Below, piece after piece: positions 45,193 to 54,668 of a DNA stretch of 64,000 bases; positions within the stretch are counted from its first letter, which is position 1, and every line of letters starts with the position of its first letter. The position numbers were made by a program, and so were the translations under genes. A model generated the notes under the pieces. It saw nothing but the letters and a program-made list of their open reading frames with translations. It ran no database searches and was not told the DNA's origin. Source of the DNA: an uncultured virus (IMG/VR IMGVR_UViG_3300037313_002214) (Duplodnaviria > Heunggongvirae > Uroviricota > Caudoviricetes); the IMG/VR virus record IMGVR_UViG_3300037313_002214; one strand, 5' to 3'.

Positions 45193-45801
45193 TTAAATTG
45201 CGAATCTGCGGACGGCGCGGGCGCGCAACTCGGCCGACTTGCTGGTGTCGTCCTGGTCGCCGTAGTCGAAGTCCTGAGTCCAGGCAGATCCATCGTAGGA
45301 AGCGTGCTGCGTGCTCGACCAGTACCAATCGTCAGCAAAGTCCTGCTCGCCGCCTTCTACGAATGCCGATGCCGCAGTTTGCGCAGGGATCTCTGCGGTG
45401 TATGCGTAGGTGGGCGGCACGGCAGAGACGTTCATGCCGGAGCGACCGTACAGCGAATTGCTGCGGGTGGTCGGCTTCAGATTGCGGTATAAGACCTCCA
45501 GCTCGTCCTGGCTCGGGACGTACCAGTCCGTGTGACCGCCGATCGTCAGGGCACGAGCCCAGTTCGCAAGCTCGCTGCCGCATTCGGCCATCGCTACGGT
45601 GTTCTTCATCCCGTCGCAGTAGCTATCGGCGCCATCGACGCGGTCTTCCGCCTCCAGCCAGGCTACGTCTGCGCGCTCCCCCTCGGCCTTCGGGGCGACA
45701 ATAAGGATGTGCGGCACGCCGTCAACCTGAATGCGGCCGGCGTAGAAGCCGCCCTCGAAAGGCTCGCCCAGGATCGTCGGATGGTCGTTTTGATGGCTCA
45801 T
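45193..45801 (-). CDS. DGR target 2, DUF1566/C-type-lectin-like; VR 45203-45312
   Basis: GGHTDWYVPSQDEL, WYWSSTQ, ARAVRR; 12 mismatches to TR, all at TR adenines. Confidence 0.9.
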   Translation of the reverse strand: MSHQNDHPTILGEPFEGGFYAGRIQVDGVPHILIVAPKAEGERADVAWLEAEDRVDGADSYCDGMKNTVAMAECGSELANWARALTIGGHTDWYVPSQDELEVLYRNLKPTTRSNSLYGRSGMNVSAVPPTYAYTAEIPAQTAASAFVEGGEQDFADDWYWSSTQHASYDGSAWTQDFDYGDQDDTSKSAELRARAVRRFAI

Positions 45802-45997
45802 GGTTTCTCCTTGTTTTACTTCGGTTGGTCGTTGGTCTTTGGTTTTCCGTCAGCCGCTGTGCTGGTGTTGATCTCGTCCAGGTCGCGGTAGTAGCGACTT
45901 GATCCGCGGTTCGTGCGGTAGGTCTGCATCGCCTTGCGGTCTTCGGCGGTGAGTCCCTGTTCGGTCTCACCGAAGTTGCGGCGGATTCGACGCTTTC

Positions 45998-46897
45998 TCA
46001 TCCCTGGGCCTCGCCGCCAAGTGCTTCGACCAGATCGGCCAGAAGCTTCGCGTACTCGCCCGTCATCAGGGCGAAGTCGTTGTCGAAGCGTTCGTTATGG
46101 TCGTACGTGATCGCGTCGTTTTCCTTGATGACGTCGAGCGGCTTGACGCTCTTGATTTCCAGCTGCTCGGTCAGCACGAACGAGATCCGGCTGTTCCAGG
46201 TCATGGCCAGGCGCACGCACTGTTTGCCGCGGGCGATGTGCTCACGCATCTCGCCGACTTCGAGCGTGTGACGCTTGTAGCCGACTTGGGCCTTGCTTTC
46301 ACCGGTAGCGCGCAGCGTGGCATCCTGGTCGATCGTGAAGTTATGCGGTGCCTCGTCGGACTCGAGCCATGCGGTCATCACGGCGACCGGCGAGCGCTGC
46401 ACGCGCAGCGATTCCAGCGGCAGCTTGTCGACGGCCTTCAGCAGGAACTTGATGACGTCATCCGCTTTGTTCGCACTGGCTGCGTCGACCACGAGCCAGC
46501 CGTTGACGGGATCGATCCACACGTTGGTTTCAGACTGGACGGAGAGGGCGCGCGGCAGCAGTTCGTCGGCGACGCGCTCCTTCAGTTCTTTCATGGCCTT
46601 CTTCCCGGGCGGGAAGCCTTGCTGCTCTTCGAGCTCCGCGGCCCGCGCCTTCGCCACTTGATTGACTGCCTTCGCCGGCAGGATCTTCTTTTCGGTGGCC
46701 AGCGTTAGCAGGAACTGGCCGTTCACGGCGTGCACCAAAGGCGTACCGGTTCCGCGCGGCGCCTTCCAGCCCTGGCGCAGCAGTTCGTTACTCGATGCCG
46801 GCGTGAAGGCCTGGGAGGCGAGGGCGTCGGCCAGGCGACCGGCGGTCATGTCCCAGTTTTGCGGAAGTCGATACACCTGCAGGTTCTTGAAAAACAT
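45998..46897 (-). CDS. rdgC: Recombination-associated protein RdgC
   Basis: MFFKNLQVYRL, EKKILPA, LLPRA, RFDNDFALM, ALGGE. Confidence 0.92.
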   Translation of the reverse strand: MFFKNLQVYRLPQNWDMTAGRLADALASQAFTPASSNELLRQGWKAPRGTGTPLVHAVNGQFLLTLATEKKILPAKAVNQVAKARAAELEEQQGFPPGKKAMKELKERVADELLPRALSVQSETNVWIDPVNGWLVVDAASANKADDVIKFLLKAVDKLPLESLRVQRSPVAVMTAWLESDEAPHNFTIDQDATLRATGESKAQVGYKRHTLEVGEMREHIARGKQCVRLAMTWNSRISFVLTEQLEIKSVKPLDVIKENDAITYDHNERFDNDFALMTGEYAKLLADLVEALGGEAQG

Positions 46898-47194
46898 CTT
46901 GGGTTCCTTGTTGTTGTGGGTTCGGCGATTACTGCAGCGCCGCTTGGCTGTAGACAATGGTCAGTACCAGCACGACAGCAGCAACGCAGTGGATCGCGTA
47001 AGAAGCCAGTCGCGCACTGATCTGGTAGCGGCTCATGATTCGGCCACCAGAGTCACGCCCAGGGCACCGGCGTCGTACGCGGCGTCGAGCAGGTCGTTGC
47101 GGTCGCCAATCACGGATACGGTCTTGATGCCGCGGGCGGTTCGAATCGTGATACGAAAGCGCATGGTGATCTCCAGATGGTCGAGTAGTTCGGG

Positions 47195-47629
47195 TTAGTA
47201 GATTTCGCGCGCTTCGGTACACACTCGAATCGCGGCGCGCACGATGGCTGCGAGGATTGCTGCGTCTTTATCCGGATGGTCGGCATACGATTCCGTGACG
47301 TCACGCCGGCGGCTGCCGTTGCCAACAGAGACGCAGCCTTCATCGTCGTCGGGTCGGACGCTCAGGCCCAACAAGCCAATCAGCGGACCAGCTGCGGCCC
47401 AGTCGCGGCGCCAGTGGGGCGGGGTCGTTGGCCGAGTCGATGCGAACTCCAAGCGGCTGTTTGTGCCGCCCACGAGGGACCGGCCACGCCGCGGCACGAG
47501 GCTTTCGCTCAGCCCCAGGAAGGCCGGGGCTTCAAAACGAAGAAGGAACCAGTTCTTGTGCACGGCTGCCAGTGCGATTTCATCGGCGAACACTTCGCGC
47601 AGGTAGGCTTCATCCCATTGCTTGCTCAT
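47195..47629 (-). CDS. Phage hypothetical protein
   Basis: PHWRRDWAAAGPLI; early-left operon. Confidence 0.55.
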   Translation of the reverse strand: MSKQWDEAYLREVFADEIALAAVHKNWFLLRFEAPAFLGLSESLVPRRGRSLVGGTNSRLEFASTRPTTPPHWRRDWAAAGPLIGLLGLSVRPDDDEGCVSVGNGSRRRDVTESYADHPDKDAAILAAIVRAAIRVCTEAREIY

Positions 47630-47637
47630 GTCTTTCC

Positions 47638-47826
47638 TCACGCAGCCAAGGGAGGAAACTTCACGCGCAGTTCGGCCATGAATAGATCGAACTCGGTGTC
47701 GTCCATGTCCGTGCAGTCGTGCCAGCCCGGTGCGCGCGCCTCGACTTCCAGCGGGTGAATCCAGTTCGCTTCGCGGCCGGTAGGGCTCACCATGAATCGG
47801 TAGCCGTCGTTCTTCAGGGTGTTCAT
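47638..47826 (-). CDS. Phage hypothetical protein
   Basis: AGGA RBS; WIHP...GWHDCTDMDD. Confidence 0.6.
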   Translation of the reverse strand: MNTLKNDGYRFMVSPTGREANWIHPLEVEARAPGWHDCTDMDDTEFDLFMAELRVKFPPLAA

Positions 47827-48015
47827 CGTTTGATCCTATTCGTCTCTCGCTCTGCCTCAACCATCTTCCAGCCCAGTTCCATCCGGACCTGATCCGGCGC
47901 CGGCGGCGGTGTTCTGTCCGCCTGGCGCCGGTGCATCCAACTACGCACTTGTTGATTGCTCGGCTTGGTCGTCTGCGTCATTGCGGCTCCTGGTTGAGTT
48001 CGCTACGTTGAACAC

Positions 48016-48056
48016 AGTATCACATACGTGTTTAAAAAGATCAACACAAACGTGAT
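48016..48056 (-). promoter_or_regulatory. pL-like promoter with two operators (OL)
   Basis: Minus strand TTGATC-17bp-GATACT; AWCAC-N4-GTGWT palindromes at 48019-48032 and 48043-48056. Confidence 0.75.
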
Positions 48057-48583
48057 GATTGGGTTAAAATTCGTCCATCAGGTGAGTTCTGCTGATTGCA
48101 AGCCTGGGGCGGGGAGGGAAACTCCGACGCTAAAGGCCCAGAGAGCAACCGAGCTGACGGAATCAGCCGCCCTACATGCAGAAAACACACAGGTGTAGGG
48201 GGATAGGTGAGACTGCGACCTGGTGAAAAAAACGGGGGGGCGAGGGTGAGACTCACACAAGGTGGCGAAGAGAGAGCCTTGTACCCGAAAGTCTGTCGGA
48301 TGGTGCCTCGGGCGTGAAAACGCTTGTCGAGCTAACGCCTGAAGGAAGCGAAACGTACGCGCTCGCATATGCACGCGTATTAGCTATATCTCTGGGGTTG
48401 GGGGCTAGAGAAAAAACGTAAGTAAAGAAAAGATATCGCCGAGCACGATAGTGCGAGAGCTTGCGAAGCAAGCGTGCAGCGAAGCGGCCGTAGTAGAAGC
48501 CAGCTTGATTAGATAACAGTCGAGTTGTCTATATTCTGAGTTCGAGTTATCTAATGCGCGCGTGCGCAGGAGGGATAGAGGCC

Positions 48584-48775
48584 GTGACCAAACTGAACGT
48601 GCCCTACGCGGAAAAAGACGAAGCCCGACGGTTGGGCGCTCGATGGAATGCTGAGCTGAAGACTTGGTATGTTCCGCCTGGCCTGCTGCTGACTGTATTT
48701 GAGCGATGGCTGCCAAGGTTCGACATGAAGCTGCCACGCGGCGATCGTAAGCCTCGGAAGCGTCGTGTAAAATGA
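48584..48775 (+). CDS. DUF5710-like small protein
   Basis: LNVPYAEKDEARRLGARW....KTWYVP. Confidence 0.8.
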   Translation: MTKLNVPYAEKDEARRLGARWNAELKTWYVPPGLLLTVFERWLPRFDMKLPRGDRKPRKRRVK

Positions 48776-48808
48776 GATGATCTGTTGATCTCAGTCTTAA
48801 GTTGCCTC

Positions 48809-49429
48809 ATGACATTAGAAGAGTACATTGCTAAGTACCGACGTGGCTCCGCGGCATTAACGCTCGCTGAGGCAAAAATTGCAGGCATTGACTACCCGCT
48901 GCCATCTGGATGGTTTAAGAAGAACCGTTTAAAAGATGTGGATGGCGATGCAATGTACGCTGCGATGCGAGCTCGCAAGGCGGATTTGAGGGCAAGAAAA
49001 GAAACTAATATTGCACTCTTCGGCGCTACGCCGAAGGAGTCAAAGAAGGTGCGGAAAGCTAAGCGGGTAGTGGCGAAGGCAATGAAGACACTGGGCCTGA
49101 CGATTGCGCCCATATCCGTGCCGGCGGAGCCAAGCTCGGCCCCCAAGCCGCTCCCTTCCGCATCAGAGTGGGGTGCCTATGTCAACTCGGCAGAATTCCT
49201 CAAGTCATTCGAATGGCGTCAGTTGCGGCTCCAGGCGTTCAAAAAGTATGGTCGCGTTTGCCTTTGCTGTGGCGCGACGCCTGGGGCTGGGGTGGTCCTA
49301 AACGTTGATCACGTTAAGTCGCGCCGCCGATTTCCCGCTCTAGCGCTAGACATCGAGAATCTACAGGTCTTATGCGAAGATTGTAATCACGGCAAAGCTA
49401 ACCAAACTGTCGACTTCCGAGCCGGCTGA
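48809..49429 (+). CDS. HNH endonuclease with basic N-terminal extension
   Basis: WRQLR...CLCCG, VDHVK, NLQVLCEDCNHGK. Confidence 0.9.
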   Translation: MTLEEYIAKYRRGSAALTLAEAKIAGIDYPLPSGWFKKNRLKDVDGDAMYAAMRARKADLRARKETNIALFGATPKESKKVRKAKRVVAKAMKTLGLTIAPISVPAEPSSAPKPLPSASEWGAYVNSAEFLKSFEWRQLRLQAFKKYGRVCLCCGATPGAGVVLNVDHVKSRRRFPALALDIENLQVLCEDCNHGKANQTVDFRAG

Positions 49430-50048
49430 TACTTCGCGATCGGTCGAGTTGTAGCCGGCTAATCGGACTGACTACGTCAGGCGCTGCGCGTCCCAGGCTT
49501 CGTACTGCGCCAGGCCCGGCGCTACCGATTGCGCAACTCTGTGCCGGCGTGAATGTCGAGATTCAAATTTCGCCCTGCGGATTCTACAGGGCGGAATCAG
49601 CTGGTTATCACCAAGCCCTGCTTTGCTGTTCCTCTTCGCTTTGCTCTGGCGCCGGCTCCCACATACTTCGCAGCAAGCCGACCACTCGCCTGAATGCCGA
49701 TTTACTGGCAGGGGGCGCCTGAATCTCAGACGCGCCATCTTGATGAGGCGGTTCGATCTGCGTGGCGTCCGCGTCATGCGCGTCGAGCATCATTTATGCT
49801 ACTCCTTAAGTATGCAGCAACTCACCAGTTCCATTGCATATAGGAATAATACCATGTTATTTTGGCAAAAGACCAACACATTCTCACGTTCCCGTGCGTA
49901 ATAAGAATTTTCGGGAGACATGGCAATAGCCGAGAATCCAGCGAGGTTGAGGTGCTCGCCCCACTGGCGACGATGTAATCGTTTAGTGCCTGTGCGGCCG
50001 CAGAGATGCACTGTCGGTCATGGCTGCTCAGTGTTTGGATTTCTCACT

Positions 50049-50804
50049 CTACAGGCGCCCCGTCACGACTCGGCCGGGCTGATAGACCACACGTCCGACG
50101 ATGTTGCACTGGCCGCTGCGCATGTTGATCGGTCCGAAATCTGGATTGAATGAATGCAGATACCACTGACCGCCCTGGTAGCGCAACTGCTTGACACAAG
50201 CTTCGCCATCGAAGTTGACGGCGTACACCTCGCGGCTTATCGGGCGCGTATCCGCGGTGTTGATGACGACGACATCATCTTCAAACAACATCGGCTCCAT
50301 GCTGCAGCCTGAAACACGCATTGCGAGCAACTGGGCCGGTGAAAGGTTGTGCTTCTCAATCACAGATCTCGGCATGGGTAGCAAGCCCCAATCCTCAAGC
50401 ACTGGCTCAGTCTCGAAGCGGGCGACACCAGCATGAAGTTTCAGCTTCACGAACCGGATCGGTAGCGTGTGCAGCTCGTCGCCTACACGTACAGGTCGAG
50501 CCCCAGGAAACAGCCTCAAGACGTCGGCGCCTGTCGGGATTGTTGCAGCGCTTGGCTGATCGTTTTGGAGCACATCGAGTATTGGCGCAGGAAGGCCGGC
50601 GCCAGTGACCTTAGCGATCGCCATCACTTGTTTCAGGCTAGGGCTATGCTTGACGTTCTCCCATCCGGAAATGTTGGCCTTCGTATAGCCGCGGTCGTCG
50701 CCCATCTCGAGCGCTAGTTTAGCGCCGAGGTCCTCTTGAGATAGTCCGGCTGCCTTCCGCGCATCGCGGATCCAGGCAGCCAAAAGTTGTTTTAGATCAT
50801 CCAT
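50049..50804 (-). CDS. XRE-HTH plus S24 peptidase (CI/LexA-like) repressor
   Basis: HTH; HAG cleavage-like site, GCSMEP, VKQL. Confidence 0.9.
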   Translation of the reverse strand: MDDLKQLLAAWIRDARKAAGLSQEDLGAKLALEMGDDRGYTKANISGWENVKHSPSLKQVMAIAKVTGAGLPAPILDVLQNDQPSAATIPTGADVLRLFPGARPVRVGDELHTLPIRFVKLKLHAGVARFETEPVLEDWGLLPMPRSVIEKHNLSPAQLLAMRVSGCSMEPMLFEDDVVVINTADTRPISREVYAVNFDGEACVKQLRYQGGQWYLHSFNPDFGPINMRSGQCNIVGRVVYQPGRVVTGRL

Positions 50805-50874
50805 ACGGACAGTATAGAAAGGTTGAGTGCAAAGGTACAGAATTACTTGACCTTGCCCAACATGCAAACCTATA

Positions 50875-50890
50875 CTGTATGAACATACAG
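50875..50890. promoter_or_regulatory. LexA (SOS) box
   Basis: CTGT-ATGAACAT-ACAG, preceded by TATACT. Confidence 0.75.
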
Positions 50891-50922
50891 TGTTTCGGAC
50901 CTACAATATGAACGCCCGATGG

Positions 50923-51207
50923 CTAGCGCTTTCTCCCCGGCCTTAGAGCGTCAATGATGGACTGAACCATTTGTTGAGTTTTTTGGACCTCCGCCTTGAG
51001 TTGCCGATTTTCTTCGCTCAGGCGCTGGGTCTGGGCAAGGATGGTGGCGAGAGAGGCGCCGCCTGACATGGCGGTGCAGCGAAGGATGATCTCGTCGTTC
51101 ATCGAATGATCTTCGCGCTCGGCGGCTTCTTTGAGGTCGGCGTGCAACTCGGCGGGCAGGCGCATCGCGGTCTTGATGGGAGGCTTCTTGGGCGGCTGTT
51201 CTTTCAT
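50923..51207 (-). CDS. Arc-family DNA-binding protein
   Basis: TAMRLPAELHADLKEAAEREDHSMNDEI. Confidence 0.85.
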   Translation of the reverse strand: MKEQPPKKPPIKTAMRLPAELHADLKEAAEREDHSMNDEIILRCTAMSGGASLATILAQTQRLSEENRQLKAEVQKTQQMVQSIIDALRPGRKR

Positions 51208-51450
51208 GCGCGCGATTCTTGCGCGTTTCGGAACAGCAGTGTTGCGAGTGCCATACAAACGATGGCACTTTTCCGGTCAGGATACCGTATTGAGACCGGA
51301 AGTGATAACTAGAGCTTTATGTTTGCGTAGGGCAATGTGATACTTAGTCGTTTTATGCATCGTAAATAGCCCATAAAGACCGCTCTTTTCGTTGCATGTA
51401 GGACATGTCCTACGCCATATAGTTAGTAGGACACTTGCAAAGGAGTAAAG

Positions 51451-51648
51451 ATGTCAGACGAGACGATGCCGAAGTTGGTCCTTGCGGCCGAGAATGACAA
51501 TGATGAGTTTCAGTTGACGGTTCAGGAGCGGCGCCTGGTGTCGAATTTTCGCGCCATGAAGCGTAGTGCGCAGTCTGTGTTCGTTGAGATGTCGGAGTCA
51601 TACCGTCGAACGACCCCGGCGGAGGCAATCAAACTGCAACTACTCTGA
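51451..51648 (+). CDS. Small helical protein, similar to 23532-23726
   Basis: AAGGAG RBS; LTVQERRLVSNFRAMKRSAQ. Confidence 0.65.
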   Translation: MSDETMPKLVLAAENDNDEFQLTVQERRLVSNFRAMKRSAQSVFVEMSESYRRTTPAEAIKLQLL

Positions 51649-52122
51649 GCGCCCGACAATCGTGGCGTCGTTATATTCTGCGGCTGCCTTGCAGGCGCCG
51701 TATATCATAAGCTTGCCTTCGTCGCTCGAGCGGCGATATAGCTCAAGAATCATTTTCTCTCGCGCGTTCAATCGTTCGAGTGTCGTCTCGGACGACAGCG
51801 AAACATCTTCCATATAGTTGGCATCGCGCCCAACAGGCCGGCTCCGTGGGCCATCGTTGACTGCCCTGTACTGAGTAAGGGGCTCCTCAACGCCCAGTTT
51901 ATTTAGGTCCACTTCTGTCGCATTTCCCTGACCGTTTGCCAGCCAGTTCGGATTTACATCGAGTGCGGCAGCAATGTCGACGATACGGCGTGCGCTGGAC
52001 CGAATACCCGATTCCAGATTCCCGATCGTGCTCTGCGTGACGCCGCTTAGCTTCGCTAGCGCCGCCTGGGTAAGCCCCTTTTGTTCTCGGGCCCAGATGA
52101 GCCGCTTTGCCAAAGTATCCAT
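51640..52122 (-). CDS. Primary prophage repressor (XRE HTH, no S24 domain)
   Basis: LAKRLIWAREQKGLTQAALAKLSGVTQSTIGNLESG; divergent from Cro-like gene. Confidence 0.85.
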   Translation of the reverse strand: MDTLAKRLIWAREQKGLTQAALAKLSGVTQSTIGNLESGIRSSARRIVDIAAALDVNPNWLANGQGNATEVDLNKLGVEEPLTQYRAVNDGPRSRPVGRDANYMEDVSLSSETTLERLNAREKMILELYRRSSDEGKLMIYGACKAAAEYNDATIVGRSE

Positions 52123-52186
52123 ATCACGAATGTAATACATAACACAATCACGTTGGTGTTGACGGTCCAAACACGAACGTGATATT
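52123..52186. promoter_or_regulatory. OR region with three operators and a pR-like promoter
   Basis: ATCACgaatGTAAT 52123-36, ATCACgttgGTGTT 52147-60, AACACgaacGTGAT 52170-83; TTGACG...GATATT. Confidence 0.75.
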
Positions 52187-52194
52187 GTTTGCCC

Positions 52195-52449
52195 ATGGAT
52201 ACGCAAAAAATCACGTCGGACCTACTAAAGTCCGGGCTTACTCAGCAGGAGTTGGCCGATCTGGTCCCATGCGGGCAATCGACGATTGCTGCGTATTTGG
52301 CGGGAACCCGGGGATCGCGCCCCTCGAAATTCATCGGCGACCGACTCGAGGAGCTGCATGCCGAGCGCTGCTCTGGTGCCACGGGCGATTCGCCGATGCG
52401 TCGTGCGACCGACTCAAAGGATGCTGCATCGAGGCCAGGCAGCAGCTGA
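52195..52449 (+). CDS. Cro-like HTH protein
   Basis: GLTQQELADLVPCGQSTIA; divergent from repressor. Confidence 0.85.
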   Translation: MDTQKITSDLLKSGLTQQELADLVPCGQSTIAAYLAGTRGSRPSKFIGDRLEELHAERCSGATGDSPMRRATDSKDAASRPGSS

Positions 52450-52643
52450 CCAGCACGCTTAGCCCCGCAATAGATCGTAACGACGCCGGCGCAACCCAGT
52501 TGAAGCGGTACAGCGATCAAATCGCAGTTCAGCAGTACGAAGGCAGTGTCCGGCATGTTGAGCTCCAGGGTTGGCGAAGTTTCGATGTAAGCATTCTCTC
52601 AACAACAAGTTTCCAAAACATCATTTTTTAGCGAGACAAGAGC

Positions 52644-53096
52644 ATGAACGCCAAAGACGCTTTCCACCAAACCGTTCACTCCGCACCTGGCGGTTGCATC
52701 GCCCTGGCTGCTCGTCTCGGTATGTCGGCAACGATCCTGCGCAATAAGGCCAATCCGAACAACGAGGCCAACGTCGTGACCATCGACGACATCGAGCGTG
52801 TGATGTCGCTGACGGAAGACTACTCGGTTTTGCACGCTCTGGCTGAGTCACATGGCTTTGTCTTGACGAAGCTCGAAGAACAGCCCGCTTCGGACATGGG
52901 CGTGCTTGAAAACGTCACCTGCATTTGGCAGCGCTTGGGCGACGTCGCGAATGAGGTCCATATGACGCTGGAAGATGGTCGCGTCGAACAACACGAAGTG
53001 GAAAGGGTGCGCGCGGCGGTGTTCAAGGCCTTCCGTCCAATGATGCAGCTGATCGAGCGCCTGAACGGCATGTCCGAGAAACCGGCTTCGCTGTAA
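52644..53096 (+). CDS. Phage regulatory CII-family protein
   Basis: PGGCIALAARLGMS...LRNKANPN; LEDGRVEQHE. Confidence 0.8.
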   Translation: MNAKDAFHQTVHSAPGGCIALAARLGMSATILRNKANPNNEANVVTIDDIERVMSLTEDYSVLHALAESHGFVLTKLEEQPASDMGVLENVTCIWQRLGDVANEVHMTLEDGRVEQHEVERVRAAVFKAFRPMMQLIERLNGMSEKPASL

Positions 53097-53153
53097 GGAA
53101 GACCCAGGCGGCGGGCATGCTGCCACCAATACCTCGAACAGGGAGCCCAAGAG

Positions 53154-53360
53154 ATGACAAACGTATCGAAGCTGCTGGACACGCTGCGCAAGCGGTTCGA
53201 CATCAAGAGCGACTCGGCCCTGGCCCGCGAGTTGGGCATGACGCCGCCGGACATCAGCAAGCTGCGCTCGGGGATGCGACTGCTGAGCGACCGCACGATT
53301 CTTCGAATCCACGAGCGCTTGGACTTGCCGGTGAAGGAGATTCGCGAGCTGGCGTCCTAG
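53154..53360 (+). CDS. Small HTH protein
   Basis: IKSDSALARELGMTPPDISKLRSG. Confidence 0.75.
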   Translation: MTNVSKLLDTLRKRFDIKSDSALARELGMTPPDISKLRSGMRLLSDRTILRIHERLDLPVKEIRELAS

Positions 53361-53535
53361 GCCTGAACAAAGAAAGGAAGCAGATGCAGCAAAACGAAGA
53401 AGAGCAACAGCCGGCGCCGATCGAGCCCGGGCATGTGATGAGCAAGAAGAAGTACCGAGAGCTGCTGGAAGGACAGCAGAAATGAAAAAGCCCGCGGCCA
53501 GGCGGGCTTAGTGAAGCAACTACAAGGGAGAGCGC

Positions 53536-54042
53536 ATGTTATCAGAAAAAATCACGCCGGCGGCGCACGTCGGTGAAGATCAGTCCTCGCGCCAGTTCGA
53601 AGCGCGCGCGGCACACTGGTCGAATCTCGCGGTCCAGCTGCTTGGCGCGGCCAAGACGCTGGCCAACGACTACCTGCAGGAAGAGCGCGACGACATCAGC
53701 GCCTGCGTCAGCCCTGAACATCACAAGGCGGTGCGTGCGCTGTTCGGCGCCATCAACGGCGCGGATCATGCCGGCCTGTCCTATGCGTGCGCCGTGCTCG
53801 CGGCAATGGATATCGGCCGCGGCGTGTTCTGGTCGGTCACTGGTCAGGAGTTTGGCGCATCGTCTCTGCCTGACCTGATCCGGGAAAACGACTGGCTCCG
53901 CCCCGGCGACATCGTCTATCAGGCGCAAGCGGTCGGTCGCCAGAAGCTGACCGCAGCTGACTTCGCGCAGGCCGTCGCTGCGAACGCTTCCGTTCGCGAT
54001 CCGCGCGTTATCGACATGTTCGAAGTCGGAGGTGCAGCGTGA
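53536..54042 (+). CDS. Phage hypothetical protein
   Basis: RBS and operon coupling. Confidence 0.55.
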   Translation: MLSEKITPAAHVGEDQSSRQFEARAAHWSNLAVQLLGAAKTLANDYLQEERDDISACVSPEHHKAVRALFGAINGADHAGLSYACAVLAAMDIGRGVFWSVTGQEFGASSLPDLIRENDWLRPGDIVYQAQAVGRQKLTAADFAQAVAANASVRDPRVIDMFEVGGAA

Positions 54043-54668
54043 AAATGGCGAAACCTTCCGAGCGCGACATCGAAGCAGCCGGCGACCTGATGTCCATTCT
54101 GCACGACATTGACAAGGGTTATTACCCCGAGCGCGGCGCAAAGGAGAATGCGCCGACGTTCTTTGACGAAGAAGATCCCGAGCATCTGCGCGCCTTCTAC
54201 GATGCCGTCAAGGCCACGCTGGATAAAGGGCCTGGTTATCCCGGCCGCGTCATCGGTGGCATGTGTTACGTGATCATGTGGGATAAGAACGAGATCGTCG
54301 ATCCTGCGGCCGATGTGATCGAGCTCCATCCACGTCTGGTTGAGGCGCTGAGCTTTCAGGGTGCGACAACACTGGCGGCTAAAGACGTGCTGGCCGAGCG
54401 CAGACGGCAAGTCGAGCAAGAAGGCTGGCATCCTGATCAGGACGACGACTACGAGGATGGGCAGCTTTCCATGGCCGCTGCGTGCTATGCCATGCAAGGC
54501 AACGCCCTTAACTACGGGCCACCTGAAGATTGGCCGTGGGACAAGGAATGGTGGAAGCCGACGGACGACCGCCGGAACCTGGTTAAAGCTGCTGCCTTGA
54601 TCCTGGCCGACATCGAACGCATCGACCGGGCTACTGCAGCGCCATGCCAGAACGGCGGTGCAGCATGA
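54039..54668 (+). CDS. Phage hypothetical protein
   Basis: DVLAERRRQVEQEGW...RRNLVKAAALILADIERIDR module. Confidence 0.7.
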   Translation: MKMAKPSERDIEAAGDLMSILHDIDKGYYPERGAKENAPTFFDEEDPEHLRAFYDAVKATLDKGPGYPGRVIGGMCYVIMWDKNEIVDPAADVIELHPRLVEALSFQGATTLAAKDVLAERRRQVEQEGWHPDQDDDYEDGQLSMAAACYAMQGNALNYGPPEDWPWDKEWWKPTDDRRNLVKAAALILADIERIDRATAAPCQNGGAA

